A DNA stretch of 64,000 nt from an uncultured delta proteobacterium (GTDB lineage Bacteria; Desulfobacterota; WTBG01; CAIYCZ01; CAIRTM01), in contig CAVRPV010000011.1 of NCBI GenBank assembly GCA_963723235.1, forward strand, positions 129,177 through 193,176. Reading direction: 5' to 3'. The translations under genes and the position numbers were made by a program. Positions 62,762 to 64,000 of the stretch are shown here, piece by piece (the stretch's first letter is position 1; the number at the start of each line of letters is the position of its first letter). A model generated the notes under the pieces. The model worked only from the letters and a program-made list of their open reading frames with translations. It made no database searches and was not told the origin of the DNA.

Positions 62762-64000
62762 ATGCTGCAGGAACTGCGCATTCGCAACTTTGCCATTATT
62801 CAGGCGCTTGACGTAAGCTTTGACAGCGGGCTCACGATTCTGTCCGGTGAGACCGGCGCGGGCAAGTCCATCCTGGTCGGCGCGCTGGGACTTCTGCTGG
62901 GCGGGCGCGCAACAGCCGATATGATTCGAACCGGCGCGGACGAAGCAACGGTCGAGGCGGTTTTCGATGTCGCCGGGAACACTGATTTTGCCGCAGATGC
63001 GGTCCGCTCAGGCCTGGACGTATCTGATGACTGCCTGATTCTGCGCCGTATTATTTCGCGCTCCGGCCGCAATAAAATCTATATCGGCGACAGCGCGGCC
63101 ACGCTGCAGCAGCTTGCCCATATTGGAGGGCGCCTGCTGGATATCTCCGGGCAGTATTCACAGCAGCTCCTCCTTCACCTGGAAAATCATGGAATCATTC
63201 TGGACGCCTTTTGCGGCAATCAGGATCTGCTGCGCGACTATGAAGCAGCCTATGATGCTTTTCAACAGGCCCGGCAGGAGCTGCACGAGCTGCAAACAGG
63301 GGAGAGCCGTTCTCGGGAGCAGCAGGAACTGCTTCAGTTCCAGTATGCTGAAATTGAGCAGGCCCGCGTTCAGCCCGGCGAGGATCAGGCGCTTGAACAG
63401 GAGCGCACGGTGCTGCAGAACGCGCGTGGTCTGTATGAGCGCACGCAGGGGACTTATCAGCAGCTCTATGAAGATGAACACTCCTGCCTGGGGTCTGTGC
63501 AGCGCATGGCCCGCGATATTACCCAGGCCGCCGGGCTTGATCCGCAGCTGCAGACTAGCGGTGATCAACTGCAGCAGGCTGCAGCCATGCTGGAAGACGT
63601 TGCATTTGAATTGCGCGCCTATGCCGAGCGGGTGGTGATCGATCCGCAGAAACTTGAGGATGTTGAAAATCGCCTGGAACTTCTGCAGCGGCTTAAGCGC
63701 AAATACGGGGGAACCCTGGAGGGTGTGCTGCAGCGCATGCAGGAATGTTCCGACTCTTTGGCGGGTATTTCCAGCGGAAGCGCGCGCATCGAAGAGCTGC
63801 AGGCAGGTCTTGGTCGGCAGCTCGATGATCTCTGGCGCGCGGCCGGTGTTCTTACAGCGCGGCGGCGCGGTGCGGCTGAAACCCTGCAGAAAAAAGCAGC
63901 TGCCGAATTGAAGTCGATCGGCATGGCGAAAGCTGTTTTTATCTGCACGATTGCAACGGCTGAGCGCCAAGCCGGCGGGGCAGATGCCGGGGCTGAGGGC
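62762..64000 (+). CDS. recN: DNA repair protein RecN, N-terminal ~413 codons (3' end lies outside the window)
   Basis: I read this frame directly; it is absent from the ORF track because no stop falls in the window. MLQELRIRNFAIIQALDVSFDSGLTILSGETGAGKSILVGAL, followed by a long coiled-coil. Confidence 0.9.
   Translation, partial: MLQELRIRNFAIIQALDVSFDSGLTILSGETGAGKSILVGALGLLLGGRATADMIRTGADEATVEAVFDVAGNTDFAADAVRSGLDVSDDCLILRRIISRSGRNKIYIGDSAATLQQLAHIGGRLLDISGQYSQQLLLHLENHGIILDAFCGNQDLLRDYEAAYDAFQQARQELHELQTGESRSREQQELLQFQYAEIEQARVQPGEDQALEQERTVLQNARGLYERTQGTYQQLYEDEHSCLGSVQRMARDITQAAGLDPQLQTSGDQLQQAAAMLEDVAFELRAYAERVVIDPQKLEDVENRLELLQRLKRKYGGTLEGVLQRMQECSDSLAGISSGSARIEELQAGLGRQLDDLWRAAGVLTARRRGAAETLQKKAAAELKSIGMAKAVFICTIATAERQAGGADAGAEG

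Overview
This 64-kb window looks like a chromosomal segment from a Gram-negative, probably anaerobic bacterium. The gene content is deltaproteobacterium-like, but I cannot assign a taxon without a search.

Both ends hold housekeeping genes.
- Left end: murI tail, a GerM-like gene, EF-G and NifU-like.
- Right end: ligT/thpR-recA-recX-alaS, a GldG-type ABC operon, a CooC-like ATPase, a REC-GGDEF regulator, transaldolase, a GAF kinase, fused trpE(G), nadK and recN.

The middle (about 5.6-40 kb) is accessory and almost entirely on the minus strand.
- Four signal-peptide sulfatases: two tandem ~800-aa AtsA-like genes and two ~550-aa paralogs.
- Two radical-SAM anaerobic sulfatase-maturating enzymes (anSME).
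- A secreted HAD hydrolase.
- A FadL-type channel and two other beta-barrel proteins, an OmpA lipoprotein, and many DUF-type lipoproteins.
- A RAYT (REP-associated tyrosine transposase) flanked by REP arrays.

Two repeat families are dispersed through the window.
- GTAG-type REP hairpins at 11 or more loci.
- A ~125-bp near-palindromic intergenic element in 5 copies.

Caveat on frameshifts: many genes, including essential recA and alaS, are broken by frameshifts as assembled, while other long genes are intact. Local sequence or assembly indel error is therefore likely, and I did not call pseudogenes on frameshifts alone. Coordinates of interrupted genes are reconstructions made by reading across frames.

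All family names come from recognising motifs by eye. No database search was possible.
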